This document shows, piece after piece, positions 1 to 10,809 of a stretch of 18,360 nt of DNA (position 1 is the stretch's first letter; every line of letters starts with the position of its first letter). A model generated the notes under the pieces. It searched no databases and had not been told where the DNA came from. It was given only the letters and a program-made list of their open reading frames with translations. A program made the translations under genes and the position numbers. The DNA is taken from positions 1 through 18,360 of the forward strand of contig CAXIUT010000061.1 of assembly GCA_964035545.1 (NCBI GenBank), written 5' to 3'. The DNA comes from Bugula neritina. Lineage: Eukaryota; Animalia; Bryozoa.

Positions 1-88
1 CCCAACCCCAACCCCAACCCCAACCCCAACCCCAACCCCAACCCCAACCCCAACCCCAACCCCAACCCCAACCCCAACCCCAACCCCA
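1..88. repeat. Left macronuclear telomere (CCCCAA)n
   Basis: Pure C4A2 tandem repeat at the contig start, beginning CCCAA; same repeat as Tetrahymena-type telomeres. Confidence 0.98.
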
Positions 89-204
89 TATATTTTAATT
101 AATTAGATTAAAATCAAAGATTGACTAAGTTAAATAGTTTTTGAAAATATTGAAAAAATAATACTTGATTGATTTTCAAATTGTTGATTGTATGTATTAA
201 GTCA

Positions 205-527
205 TCATTTTCTGAGTCCCAGTTATTCAGCTGCTTGTCTCAGTGAAGTTCCTGGTACTTTTTTCTAAAGACAGAATTCGACTTGGGATCTTTCTGGTAA
301 ACGGAAACATTGTCTCAAACTAACGACTTTATCAGAAATAGAGTACTTCTTTTAGCCTGTTCTGGTGAGGTTGTAAGGAGTTGATATCTGATAGTGTCGC
401 GGATGTATTTATCTTTGTCCTCGAATGAGGGACCAGCATGTAATCCTGGGAAAGATTCGATTGTATCATAGAAGTGAGCATGACCCATATCGTTTGGGAC
501 CCTGAAATAAAGCTTCTCTGAACTCAT
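205..527 (-). CDS. Hypothetical 100-aa protein; one 20-nt intron (327-346)
   Basis: Removing gtactctatttctgataaag extends the ORF-track peptide: MSSEKLYFRVPNDMGHAHFYDT...QAKR|IVSLRQCFRLPERSQVEFCLEKKVPGTSLRQAAEELGLRK, ending TGA TGA. Function not recognised. Confidence 0.8.
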
Positions 528-621
528 CTCAACAATAAATTATACAAATCTCACTAACTCAATCAAAACCTAACAAATAAAGAGTAAAGAATGATATTTA
601 AAATCATTTGCATAGTTATTT

Positions 622-1946
622 TCATTTATATATAACTCTACACCCTCTTCTCTAACTTACATTAGTTGGGCATGGAGAGTTTTGTTTTCTATCTTCCTCT
701 GGAATCATACTAGAAAAGTAAGGATGATTTATGGCCTCATGGGCTGATATTCTTTCTTAAGGTTTTGTCATCAACATCTTTTTTAATAGATCTAGAGCCT
801 AAGGTTTCATATTATTGTATTTTTAGCCTTATAATTTTATGTTCATTTATTTATTCTTTTTGTATACTTATTCATATTTAGACCCTTCAAACACAGCTTT
901 TCTAGTCAGTAAGATGTGGAAAATAACTCCAGCTGAAAAGATATCGCAAGTTGGTTCAATATGTTTACTTTAGTTGAGTTAGATTATTTCTGGAGCCACA
1001 TAGCCAGGAGTTCCACAACGGAAAAATAGATATTTTTAGACGTCAACATTTGTTGCCAATCCAAAATCAACTATAACTGGAGACATTGATCCATTAGATC
1101 GAAGCATAATGTTCTAAGGCTTTAAATCACGATGCATTATTCTTTGTCCATGCATTTCTCTGAGACCTCCTAAAAGGCCATATAAAAATTATTTAATTTG
1201 TTCAGGAGAGAAGAATCCATTGGCTTGTTGTATTTTATGAAAGAGCTGTCCTCCTGTTAATAGTTCAAGGACAACATAAATAGAGTTATCTGATTAATAG
1301 ACTCCTTCTAGTCTCAAAACATTAGGATGAGAATCAAGACTGATTTTTCTCATGATGGTTAATTCATTTATAAGACTTTATTTTCCATTTTTAGCATTGA
1401 AACAACTTTGCTTTGAGAAAGCTTTAACTGCAAATTTAGCTTTATCAACTATTCTTTAGACTTCATACACTGAGGCAAAGTTTCCTTTACCAAGTTTTTT
1501 AAGAGGTTTAAACATTTAATGGAAACCTTTTTGATTTATTTTTTTCGATAAACAACAAATCCAAGCCTCTATAATAGCTAGTTCGCAGGAATAAAAAGAG
1601 TATGATTTTATTTAATCGTAGAAGAGTTTAATTCCAATTTTCTTAGAGAGAATATTTTTCTAAATAGTTTAAAGAGTACTTAAGTTTCATAGATTACTTA
1701 AAACTTGAGGTCAAAGTTGAAGTTTATTGCAGCATAAGGTTGTACTGGTTGCTGGTTTGGATTGGAAAGTAGAAGAGTGTTATTAATGAGGGTAAGAAGA
1801 ATAGATGGTTGAGTATGTTGCTGAGACGCAAAGAAGGAGCTTTCAAGGGTGACTTCCTACTGGTAAAGAGTATGAATAGGGAAATCTTAGATGGGAGAGA
1901 AGAGATTGAATTAGGGTAGTTGGGGTATGCTTAACTCGATATCCAT
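622..1946 (-). CDS. Ser/Thr protein kinase, CAMK-like, with N-terminal extension; one 20-nt intron (1660-1679)
   Basis: With TAR=Glu: LGKGNFASVY (G-loop), FAVKAF, NGKESLINE, HPNV, VYESDNSIYVVLEL, HRDLKPEN, DFGLA, RCGTPGYVAPE, DIFSAGVI, PEALDLL, RISAHEAINHPYF. Exact C-terminus is slightly uncertain. Confidence 0.95.
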
Positions 1947-2240
1947 TTGATCGAAATTAGGATGTTTTATGATTATTTAAATACTATTCTACAGAAAAAA
2001 TATTAGTTGATCATTTTATTTTTTTTAACTAATTATATCTTGCTCTGACATCAAAAATAGTTCATTTTGAAGCTTTTAATATCTTATCTATGAGATATTT
2101 TTATTGAAATTTTATTTGATCTATTGATAAAATCTAAAATTCTCTCTTTTTTTTACTTCAGAAATTAATATTAATAGATATTGAACTTTAAGTCTAAGTT
2201 GAAATAGGTTTTTGAATATTGATATTGAATTATTTTATTA

Positions 2241-2996
2241 ATGGTGTTTCGAATCCGAGATAAGAGCTTGTTCTGGACCAGATCAGGATGGAAGAATAAT
2301 TGGTAACCTAAAATTTTGAACATGCCCAAACCTATTAATCCTACTGTAACTCAATACGTGATCGGTCGCTTTGATTTCCATTCTTTCCTTAGAAGTATCA
2401 ACATCCCTATCTAGTCGTTCAAGCTTATCGCAATATTTCTCGAACATGCAAGCAATATCTTTATGGTGACTCTAAGGCTGAGCAATACTTCATCCTTGAG
2501 TTACGCAATCAATTCAAGATGCCTTTTTATTGTGAGACTCCAGTTGAACTTATTAAGGACGGAGCTGTATCTTAACTATAATTTAGGAAAGAAGATTTGC
2601 TGATCAAATCGATAGAGACTATGAATTACTTAATCACAATTATCACCCTATGCAACTTTACACATATTAACTCTTTAATAAACACATTAGAAAAAATAAC
2701 GAAGCTGTTGATGCTCAAGAAAAAGGAGAAACTACCTTTGATCAAGTCTACTCTTAAGAACTGAAGTATTTAAGGTCTTATCTAGAAAACATCTTCAGGA
2801 AGAAGAGAAAAAATTACCTCCAGGAGAAAAATTATCACTTGACAAGATGACTGATGTCATTTTAAGAGTATCTAGATCAGCTCGAGGCTTCAATGGCTCA
2901 AGTGCAGGAACAAGAAACTAACAAGGAGAACTCAATGATTTCTTGGAGAAGAGAAGACCATTCCTAAACCCAAATCCAACTGGACACTCTTCTTGA
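2241..2996 (+). CDS. 231-aa protein with an LYR-motif-like segment, possibly mitochondrial; three 20-nt introns (2395-2414, 2567-2586, 2766-2785)
   Basis: One continuous ORF only after removing the three introns: MVFRIRDKSLFWTRSGWKNNWEPK...IVQAYRNISRTCKQYL...LRNQFK...RRPFLNPNPTGHSS. The LYR resemblance is by eye only. Confidence 0.8.
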
Positions 2997-3122
2997 TTCA
3001 AGCTAAGTATCTACATACCGATAATTAATCAAATACTATTAATGAAATATGTTCGATAGTTTAATTTATGGATAATTAATTGAGTATGATATGTGGTATG
3101 ATCATAATATTTTTATTGCAAG

Positions 3123-3546
3123 ATGAACGATACAGGAAACAGTTTTGGTTCTAACCCTGCCTCTCTTAAAGGAAAGTTGCAAACTCTTGAAGTAATTTTC
3201 TTTCTACTCAGCAACAAATCAAAAACATTTCGAACGAACTCAACAACCATAAGAAGGAAGTACAAATCCTTCGTAGCGAAAAGGACACACTTGAATCAGT
3301 CTTGACCATGAAAACAGCTGATGTCAAAAAAAGTCTATCCAATGAATTGGTCCGCATCGAGGAAGAAATGTAAAATGAAACTTACTTAGGAAAAGACACT
3401 TCAATTTCCAGAAAGCTGAAAACAGCAGAATTCAGCAACAGATAACTTCTCTTAAAGGATAAAAAACTGCTCTTCAACAGCAACTGCTTGGCCTCCAAAG
3501 AAGAATCACCGAATTAGAAATGCAAGTTGGAAGTTAAGGACACTGA
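3123..3546 (+). CDS. 127-aa coiled-coil protein, apparently of a conserved alveolate family; two 20-nt introns (3192-3211, 3370-3389)
   Basis: MNDTGNSFGSNPASLKGKLQTLE|QQIKNISNELNNHKKEVQILRSEKDTLESVLTMKT...RIEEEM|KRHFNFQKAENSRIQQQITSLKGEKTALQQQLLGLQRRITELEMQVGSEGH; heptad pattern throughout. Family assignment is from recall, not a search. Confidence 0.88.
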
Positions 3547-3766
3547 TCGGCCATAGATCTTTATCAACTAATCACATCAATATCACTATTTAATTGAAAA
3601 ATATCACAAGAAGATTATCAATTATTAGCATATCAATATTCCAAATGATTTGTCAGCTGTCTAGCTAGCCATTAAAAGCTTTTTAAAGAAGCAATTTCTC
3701 TAGGATAGAAGGGAAAAATTAAGGATGATAAAGGATAAAATATAGGAATTAAATAAGGTACAAAGA

Positions 3767-4012
3767 TCAAGCCTTGACTTTGAATGCGCTACCTTATGTG
3801 AGTTTGCACTTTCCTCCAGTAGGTTTGCTGAGGATATTTTTACAGTTATTGCAGGCGACCACTGTTTGAGCATGACTGAAGATGATAGCTGTTTAGTTGC
3901 ATCCTCCACATTTAACATCCATGAAATAGCTGTTAGGAGATGGTACCAATCTTTTTAGTTTGTGGGATTGTCTTTCGCTTTCGAGAGTTGGGTGAAGAAG
4001 ATCTCTGTTCAT
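3767..4012 (-). CDS. RPS27: 40S ribosomal protein S27 (eS27), 81 aa
   Basis: [81 protein letters not shown]; C4 zinc ribbon and signature motifs. Missed by the ORF track because of two in-frame TAA. Confidence 0.98.
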
Positions 4013-4200
4013 TTGTGGTAATAATCTTTTTAATATTATATATTAAAATCATTATTTCAACTCTTTAACTCATCTTTTCTGTTTATTGCTTCTGCTCATA
4101 CCTTTTATTCGATTTTTCTGTATTTCTAAAATAGATAAGAAAGGTAAAAAGAATGAATGATTATTTGTTTTACTATCTGTTATTGCTTGACAATAATCTT

Positions 4201-4545
4201 ATGTTTAATATTTTCAAAGTCGCGGTTGCTCTCCAGACAGCTCCTTATCTTCAAACTCTTCACTAAAAGGCTACCCTCCAACCGAATCAAATTCCACAGA
4301 ATGAGCAATACCAACCTTATTTAAACGAAGGATTTTTGTCTACAAAATCTCCTTAATAAAAATAGACAAAATAAGTTCATTAAAGGAAAGAATCTGGTTA
4401 AAGAAAGAAAGATCAGAATGAAAGAAAAAAAAATAATAAGAAAGATGATGATAATCATAATGGAGGAGGAGGTCTTCTGGAACCTTTGATAGAAGATTTG
4501 CAGGGATTTATAAAAAGAAAACGCTATCCTGTTCTCAATATCTGA
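4201..4545 (+). CDS. Hypothetical charged, low-complexity protein (~114 aa; alternative in-frame ATG at 4153)
   Basis: TGA-free frame MFNIFKVAVALQTAPYLQTLHEK...KKDDDNHNGGGGLLEPLIEDLQGFIKRKRYPVLNI with coding-like composition; no recognisable domain. Confidence 0.6.
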
Positions 4546-4807
4546 TCTGAGCCATTCTCATTATTATTTATTTCACATTAAAATTATCAGAAACACCCTC
4601 AAATTAATGAGGAAAAGTTCATCTTTGAGATTGTTGGCGATTAAAAAAGTTATTAATTCTGCCTATTTTTGATATAGTTTTGGCTTTTGAAGGATGAATC
4701 TATAGTGTTTTTTATGTTCAATATAAAAAATAGGTGAAGAATTTTAACTTTATTAATTTCTTTATATTTTTACTAAACTCCTCAAACAATGGATATCATA
4801 ATTAATA

Positions 4808-5389
4808 ATGTTAAGAAAGGCTCTATCTATTGTAGTGGGATCATCAATATCATCAGTCCTATGCTTAGATCAAAACACAGCTCCTGATACAAAAAGACAC
4901 GCTATCTGTATCTTATACCCAGATAATTCTAATACAAGAGGAGTAGCATCATTTAGTCAGGATAACATCACTTCACCAACTAAAATAGCTTGTTCAGTCA
5001 AAGGACTTAATCCTAATGGAAAACATGGAATCCATATTCATGAATTCGGAGATCTTACTCAAGGATGTACAACTGCAGGACCTCATTATAATCCATTGAA
5101 TAAAAAACACGGAGGACCTTTCACAGAAGAAAGACATATAGGAGATCTAGGAAATCTTATGGCTGATCCTTTCGGAAACTCTTATATGTGTTTTACAGAC
5201 AAAATGATTTCTCTTTATGGAGAATACTCAATTGTTGGAAGGTCAGTAGTAGTTCATGCCAAAGAAGACGACTTAGGGATGACTGATCACCCAGATTCAT
5301 CAAAAACAGGAAATTCAGGAGCAAGAGTAGCCTGTGGAGTTATAGGCCTTGCTAAATAATTTAAGACAGTTGCTCCTACTTAAGGATGA
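4808..5389 (+). CDS. SOD1: Cu/Zn superoxide dismutase, 193 aa, with N-terminal extension
   Basis: HGIHIHEFGD, GCTTAGPHYNP, HGGP, RHIGDLGN, GRSVVVHAKEDDLG, TGNSGARVACGVI. The ORF-track stop TAA 5357-5359 is Glu; the frame continues EFKTVAPTEG to TGA 5387-5389. Confidence 0.97.
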
Positions 5390-5423
5390 TTATGTAGTAA
5401 AGTTATTGACAATCTTTATTTGG

Positions 5424-5980
5424 TCATTCTTTCATTGCTGAATCTGATGTTAGTTAACAGTAGACTTGTACTACTTAATCATATAAAGCCTATCCTCCTG
5501 TTTTTAGAGCATTCAGAGGTTTTTTCCCAACTTTATCAGCAATTTCAAAGGAACTTAGACTATTATTGAGATACCATTCGATGATATCACCTTGTCCGAA
5601 GATGCAAGCTTTAGATAAGGGAGTTTCTCCTCCAATTGTTAGTTCGTTAACTTTACTTCCAGCTTGAACTAAAAGCTAAAAAATTTAAATGCTGCCAACT
5701 GCTGCAGCATAATGAAGTGCTGTTCTACCGATATTATCTTTTAGATGTAATTATGGTTTATATTGGAGAGTGGCTTTAGTGAGATTAGTGGAAGAGATCG
5801 AAGCTGCAAGCATGAGAAGAGTTTGTCTTGAATGGGTGAGAGGTATATTGATGGTTGGATGGACTTGCTGAAGGAAAGTGATTGCTGATTGAGGACTACA
5901 TTAAGTCATTTGCATGCACTGAAGCCATACCTGAATTAAGTAAGGAGTACTTGGTGAAGCTGGTCTTTCGTTGCTTGCAT
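5424..5980 (-). CDS. Ankyrin-repeat protein, ~178 aa; one 20-nt intron (5931-5950)
   Basis: Repeats RQTLLMLAA, GRTALHYAAAVGSIEIFELLVQAG, GETPLSKACIFG, GKKPL. Start chosen at ATG 5980; the frame stays open upstream to ATG 6301. Confidence 0.9.
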
Positions 5981-6386
5981 GGAGAGTATTATAATGTAGT
6001 AATGAGAGTTTAGACTTTAAGTCAAAGATACCTAGAACTAATCACTGCAATAGTAGAAGAGGTAGCAAAGTTTAATAATAGATCCAGAATAGTTTTTAGA
6101 AAAATAGATCTTTATCAGAATTATGTCTTTAATAAAATAACCTGAAATATCAGCAAAGTAAGAATTAAACTAAATCTTTTTAATATTCAGTATTCTTATC
6201 GATTATTTTCTTTCATTATATCTCTAAATCGAAATAACTTTAAATTCTCTTCTTAAATTTAAGAATTAATCAAAGTAAATTTAATCATCTCTTGGAATCA
6301 TTTTTCATGATATTATATATCAAACATTATCTATATTCAATAAGCAGTTGAACAGTTATTTTCTATTGATATTCAAATAATAAGTT

Positions 6387-7021
6387 ATGTCGCGATTGAC
6401 TTCTAAGCAGCCAAAAAAATAAGTAAGAAAGCCAATAACTGATAACTTTGCTCCAAAGCGTTTAGCTATCAACTTCCAACCTCCAACCTTAAGTATCAAG
6501 AAATATAGATAGTTATGGAATATTTAGTTATCGATACTGGCAAGCTTTATCACCATAAAATGCGTTTAGATTCTATTTTAAGAAAGCCAAACGTCAACAG
6601 AACTGATATTCTCACTTATGTCAAAAATAAGCACCATTTGTATTTTCTGAATGGAAAGATAAAAGATCCCCAGCTGCTTAAATTTATCGATAAGATCCTT
6701 GCAAGGACAGCCAAAAGCAAGCCTCTTGAACAAATCAAAGAATAGTATCAAAATCCACTTAAAGCTCCACCAAGTGTATATAACCAAGATGACGATTTTG
6801 ACTATTTAAATGATGATTAATATGAAGAAGACTTCCAAGATTACGAAGAACCAGAAGATAAACCTGCTGTTAAGGAATAAGTGAAAAAAGAAGATAATAA
6901 ATTGGGGACTATGTTCAATAAAAACACGTTTATGACTTATTGCCAGGAGTATTAAGATGAAAATGAATAAGGAGGAGCTGAATGGGATTTGGATATGGAT
7001 GGTAGCGCCGATTTTGTATGA
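6387..7021 (+). CDS. CEP19: CEP19-like centrosomal/basal-body protein, 204 aa; one 20-nt intron (6493-6512)
   Basis: APKRLAINFQPPTLIMEY...KLYHHKMRL resembles the CEP19 N-terminus (KKCGIRFQPPAIILIY); acidic tail AEWDLDMDGSADFV resembles the CEP19 C-terminus. Confidence 0.78.
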
Positions 7022-7045
7022 TTTATAATAGCAATAAAATCTATC

Positions 7046-7798
7046 ATGATTAAAAGCGTAACTTGGAACAACCCTAATCCTGAACATCTATAAGATAGCA
7101 ACTTATCTCCTATAAATAAAAAGTTCAGAGTATCCTTTGGTAAATCTAAAAGGAAAGAATAGTGGAATAATTACAGTACAATCAGACCTGAAACTTCACC
7201 AAAAATACCATAAAGAGATTATTCAACATTAAATGGTTCTGGAGTAGGTTCAAGATTAATGAACAGGAGTTCAGTAGATGCAGCTCGACTAAAATTAGAA
7301 CAATAGTATAAAGGATAAACTGGAGGTTATTTTAGAAAAAAGTTGAGATCCTTAGTAAATAAAAAATAAGGCAATAACGATCTCAATATTTTTCTAACTA
7401 TCGATAACGAATAAGATCTTAGTAAGAGTATTTAACAGCCTGATATGTTATATTCCCATCTTTATCGAAAAGGCCGAAGAAAAATGGAAGATGGAATCGC
7501 ATAGGGATATATAAATAATGCAAAGGGTCATATTCATAAAATTGTTCAACGAAAGAAAGATCAACAAGGAGATTATTCTGATATAAAGAGAAGTATTCAA
7601 TCTAGAAGATAAGAAAAACATAGAAGAATTCGGAGAACAATAGTTAATCAGTTCAAACTACCTGATGTTGAAGGATAAGAATGGGACAAATAATGGAATG
7701 AATAGGTAAGTAAATAAAAGGTCAGATACTATGATCGATTGTATTAGAAGTGGAATCGATAGAACAATGCTAAATACATAATTAAGTCACAGAATTGA
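7046..7798 (+). CDS. Hypothetical basic protein, 250 aa, intronless
   Basis: 753-nt TGA-free frame from ATG (MIKSVTWNNPNPEHLE...YIIKSQN); no recognisable domain. Confidence 0.78.
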
Positions 7799-7878
7799 TC
7801 TTCATACTGGAAAGAATTAATAATAAATAAAAAAATAATATATGTAAAATTTTGATCTTTCTAATAATTTTATTAATA

Positions 7879-8559
7879 ATGGACCCACGCCCTCACAATC
7901 ACTATATTTAATATCGAAGACCTCGTCCTTCTAATATGACTTAGTATTTATCCTTTAACCAGTCAATCTACAGGTGCATATGAAAGTTTGGGACATTTTG
8001 GCCAACAAAAACTTCCATTATACAGTGGAAATCCGATGAAATAATCTTATTTATCAAGAGTAGATCGATATACCCCAAAGATATAAAATCCATTTTCGAG
8101 TAATATGTAATTTTAGCATAATAAAGTACACAAATTCCCAGATATGAGTTCAAATAAAGTCAAAAAACTTAAATATTTCCGAAACAATACTAAAATACAG
8201 GCATTAATACTAAAAATTCAAAAGATTTAGACTTTTCTAATCTCTCTATTCGAAGTCAAAGTAGTTCTGTATCAATTCCTCAAAATCAACCATAAGGAAG
8301 ACCTTCAGCTTTATCCAATTATGGTACGAATAGTTTAAATAAAAATCAGAATAAAAGTATGAATCAGTAGATGAAGACTAAAGATGGAACAAACATTGTA
8401 TTTAGTCATATTAATGATACATCTGAAGTGTTTAAAAAGCAACAAAGACCCTTCAATATCATTAATTTATATGCTAAAAATACATAACCTCTCAGAAAAT
8501 ATCCAAAATTAACAAAGTAACACCAAATATTTGAGAGAGGAGTAAATTACCTAAATTGA
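7879..8559 (+). CDS. Hypothetical 213-aa protein; introns 7944-7962 (19 nt) and 8107-8126 (20 nt)
   Basis: MDPRPHNHYIEYRRPRPSNMTY|QSTGAYESLGHFGQQK...RPFNIINLYAKN...ERGVNYLN. Both introns fit the GTA...A(N3)AG pattern and are needed for the long ORF. Confidence 0.72.
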
Positions 8560-8615
8560 TTAACTGTTTTCTTTTATTTTTTAATTTATTTGATATTAAA
8601 TAAACGCTATATTTA

Positions 8616-10653
8616 TCATTTTTTCTTTTGAAGAGAGGCCTTTTGTTCAAGTTCAAGATAGTTACTAACCTACAGATAGATATTAATTTACTTTTTGATA
8701 TAAAAAATAGATTCTTTCTGAACCTTCAGTTAATTGATCGATAATTCCTTGTTGATTAGCCTTGAATTTATTGATTTTCGATGATTATTATTTATTTGAA
8801 TAACTAACATTACTTTTAATAGAATCATAAGAATTACTTTGATATTCTTTATTGAGATTTTTTATCTGTTTGAGCTCTATTTCCAATAATTCTAATTATT
8901 TTGTTTTCATACATAATTCTCTTTCTAGGGTTGCTTTTTCCCCCTTGATGGTGATAAACTTTTCTTTAAAATTAACTAGATTTTTATCGTATTATTATCT
9001 TTAGGAGTGTAGACTTGTTTATACCTAGTTATAAATTTAATAATTTTCTTCAAGTTTATGTGAAATATCAGATACTTTAAGTTTATTCCTAATAGTTTAT
9101 AGCATATTTTGCACATTAAATAGTTCAGAAGTCAGTTATCTGTTAATATTAGTTAATTTTACATATCTATCTTCTAATTAGTTATAATTTTTATCTTTTT
9201 GACTTTATTGAGATTTAATAATCTGTTTGTGTTATTTTTGTTCAATATTAATATGTTGTTGAAGTTTTTTAACTTATTATTAATGTTTTTCCCAAAATAC
9301 TTTTATAGTTTACTTTAACTTTGTTATTTCCTATTACTTCATTAAACATATTTTACATTATCCAATTTTTTTGAGTTAAAGCTAATAAGTTTTAATCATT
9401 TTCTTTTGATGTTAAATCATATTTAGAAGATCATTTTTCTATGAATTATGCTGATATTCAAAAGAGTTTACTTTCTATTTCAATTTAATATTTTCTGAAT
9501 ATAGTTTTTAATTTTACTATTGGGTCTTTCTAATCGATTCTTAGAGGTTACTAATTCTTTTAAAAATATTTTATTATGAAGATGAAGAAGACTAGTAAAA
9601 TTTAGGAGTAGATAATTTAGTGTTAAAATTTTATCTTTCTAATTTATGCAAATTATTTATTAATTTATCTTTTTCTTCTTTTAATCTCAAAATTTAAAAG
9701 TTTTTTATCTTCATTTCTTCGCTTAAATAGTGATTATCATATTATAACTTTTACATAGATTCATCAAGATTAAACCTTCCTTCAGCTGGAGAATTTGATG
9801 AAAATGGATAAATATATCTACTTTGTTTTTCTTAACTAGATGGATGCTCAATATATTTGTTTTAAAATTTTCCAGTAGAATTAATTTATTTTCTCTCACT
9901 TTTATGAGAAGATGGAGTTGCATAAATTCTACTTTAAGTAAACATTCTAGAATGAGTTTCACGCAGTAATCTCTCTATAGCTTATGCCTTCGTAATTCTT
10001 GAATTAAGTTAATCAAGTTTTCCTTTTATATTTTCATTAAAATTCTTCATCATGTTATTCGATAGTATTACTAGTCTATTTTATTGTTCATTTCCTGATA
10101 AAGCAGTTGTTCTATTGTTATTATTAGTGAGTCTATGAACTTACTATCGTAAATTATGCTGTTAAAGTCTTAATTTTTATATATTTTTTTGCGATTGTTA
10201 ATTTTTTTGTTTTTATTTAGTCAATTATCTCTATAAAAATCTTTTTTCTTCATCCAAATTCGATGATTTTTCTTTCAAAGGGTCTTTTAAAAGAAAAACA
10301 TCTTTCAATTGACTATATGTTTTTGTTCTTTATTCATGAGACGCCAACCTTTGATTATCAATGATGAGTAATTTATTTTGTTCGATCAATTGCTAATTTT
10401 ATTTTTTAACTTTATTGTATTCTTCATATACTTGTCTATATTTTGTTTCATTATGATTTATTTCAGAAGCTGTATTCATAGAATAACTGCTTGACAATTC
10501 AAATGTTATTTCTTTTTCTTTAGCCTGTTTCATTTTGCATTTAATGTCTTCGATTTAAATAGTAGTGTTTTTAATGATATTATGATTGCCTATATCTGGA
10601 CTAGGTGATCGACAAGGTTGAGTTCCTGATTTCCTTTTCCCAAAATTTCTCAT
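8616..10653 (-). CDS. Long coiled-coil protein, ~670 aa; tentative 22-nt intron 8670-8691 (stop at 8653 if unspliced)
   Basis: 2-kb TGA-free frame from ATG 10653 (MRNFGKRKSGTQPCRSPSP...), E/K/N/L-rich with many TAR codons. Confidence 0.85.
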
Positions 10654-10809
10654 AAGTATATTAATAATAATTTTTATTTGGTCTTTTTTTAGAAAATATT
10701 AGTATTGAAAAGATTTTATAATTCAGATTGTTGTTGTTTAAATCTTCTTCAGTTAATGATTGAATCAATAATCAAAATATCCTTATTATTATATTAATTT
10801 TTTGTTAGT

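Noticed and set aside
638-660. Possible 23-nt intron gtaagttagagaagagggtgtag near the kinase 3' end
   Set aside because: Purine-rich, lacks the -6 A, and is not needed for the frame.
3547-3766. Possible ncRNA in the 220-bp convergent gap (palindromic CTAGCTAG, purine-rich run)
   Set aside because: No tRNA, snoRNA box or SECIS pattern recognised; more simply the 3' UTRs of the two genes.
4808-5356. Apparent avoidance of TAR codons in the SOD core
   Set aside because: Only five Glu codons are involved, too few to support codon bias.
5981-6301. 107-codon N-terminal extension of the ankyrin gene, or a 47-aa plus-strand ORF at 6002-6145
   Set aside because: Intergenic-like composition with no motif; expected by chance with a single stop codon. 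Not excluded without RNA data.
7019-7083. TGA readthrough or selenocysteine at the CEP19-like stop
   Set aside because: The preceding residues already match the family C-terminus, the next gene starts 24 bp later, and no SECIS is evident.
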